From contig JAFORL010000106.1 in NCBI GenBank assembly GCA_017393285.1, positions 1 through 58,371 of the forward strand: 58,371 nt of DNA. The letters run 5' to 3'. Positions 58,268 to 58,371 of the stretch are shown piece after piece. How positions within the stretch are numbered: position 1 is the first letter of the stretch; each line of letters starts with the position of its first letter. The notes below the pieces were generated by a model that had not been told where the DNA came from, did not search any database, and worked only from the letters and a program-made list of their open reading frames with translations. Both the position numbers and the translations under genes were made by a program. Source of the stretch: Lachnospiraceae bacterium. GTDB lineage: Bacteria; Bacillota; Clostridia; Lachnospirales; Lachnospiraceae.

Positions 58268-58371
58268 GGTCAAGACCTCGACCTATTAGTATTGGTCAGC
58301 TACATACGTTACCGTACTTCCACCTCCAACCTATCAACCTTGTCGTCTTCAAGGGGTCTTACTAGCCTAAC
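58268..58371 (-). rRNA. rrl: 23S rRNA, 3'-terminal ~104 nt (gene continues beyond window end)
   Basis: The reverse complement ...GACAAGGTTGATAGGTTGGAGGTGGAAGTACGGTAACGTATGTAGCTGACCAATACTAATAGGTCGAGGTCTTGACC matches the conserved bacterial 23S 3' end (compare the Bacillus sequence ...CAGGTTGATAGGTCTGAGGTGGAAGTGTGGCGACACATGGAGCTGACAGATACTAATCGATCGAGGACTTAACC). Confidence 0.9.

Overview
Low-GC Firmicutes chromosome segment. By gene content and order it looks Clostridia/Lachnospiraceae-like, but that is an inference. Almost everything is transcribed on the minus strand.

Gene content, reading from high to low coordinates:
- 3' end of a 23S rRNA, followed directly by tRNA-Asn, tRNA-Glu and tRNA-Cys
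- an NfeD-flotillin pair, an RlmI-like methyltransferase, and a plus-strand YdjI-like SPFH/Zn-ribbon gene
- the complete S10-spc-alpha ribosomal superoperon (rpsJ to rplQ, including secY, adk, map, a KOW protein, infA, rpmJ and rpoA)
- ecfA1-ecfA2-ecfT-truA, a Cof-type HAD hydrolase, and glnA with an ANTAR regulator
- a plus-strand proline-rich ORF
- a SAM methyltransferase translationally coupled to an 849-aa membrane protein
- short-form metH, two GT2 glycosyltransferases and an LCP ligase
- ilvN-ilvC and two L,D-transpeptidases
- a PP2C phosphatase / Hanks kinase / Pro-Thr-Lys-rich membrane protein cassette
- a 1331-aa secreted LRR/Ig-like protein on the plus strand
- mutY, a YtrA-type GntR regulator, and the 5' part of clpC

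I see no IS element, integrase, prophage, CRISPR-cas or recognisable defence genes, and no convincing novel protein-coding system.

The unusual signal is non-coding:
1. A GC-rich, roughly 95-nt structured core with an adjacent AT-rich palindrome occurs three times, nearly identically. It can fold into mutually exclusive helices, one of which is terminator-shaped.
2. Seven unrelated intergenic tandem arrays are present, several inside normally compact operons. One reiterates the last ~20 codons plus the stop codon of an L,D-transpeptidase gene.
3. Unexplained structured inserts of 450 nt (rpmJ-rpsM) and 232 nt (rpsE-rpmD) sit inside the ribosomal operons.

All functional calls rest on my own reading of the translations and motifs. 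No database search was possible.
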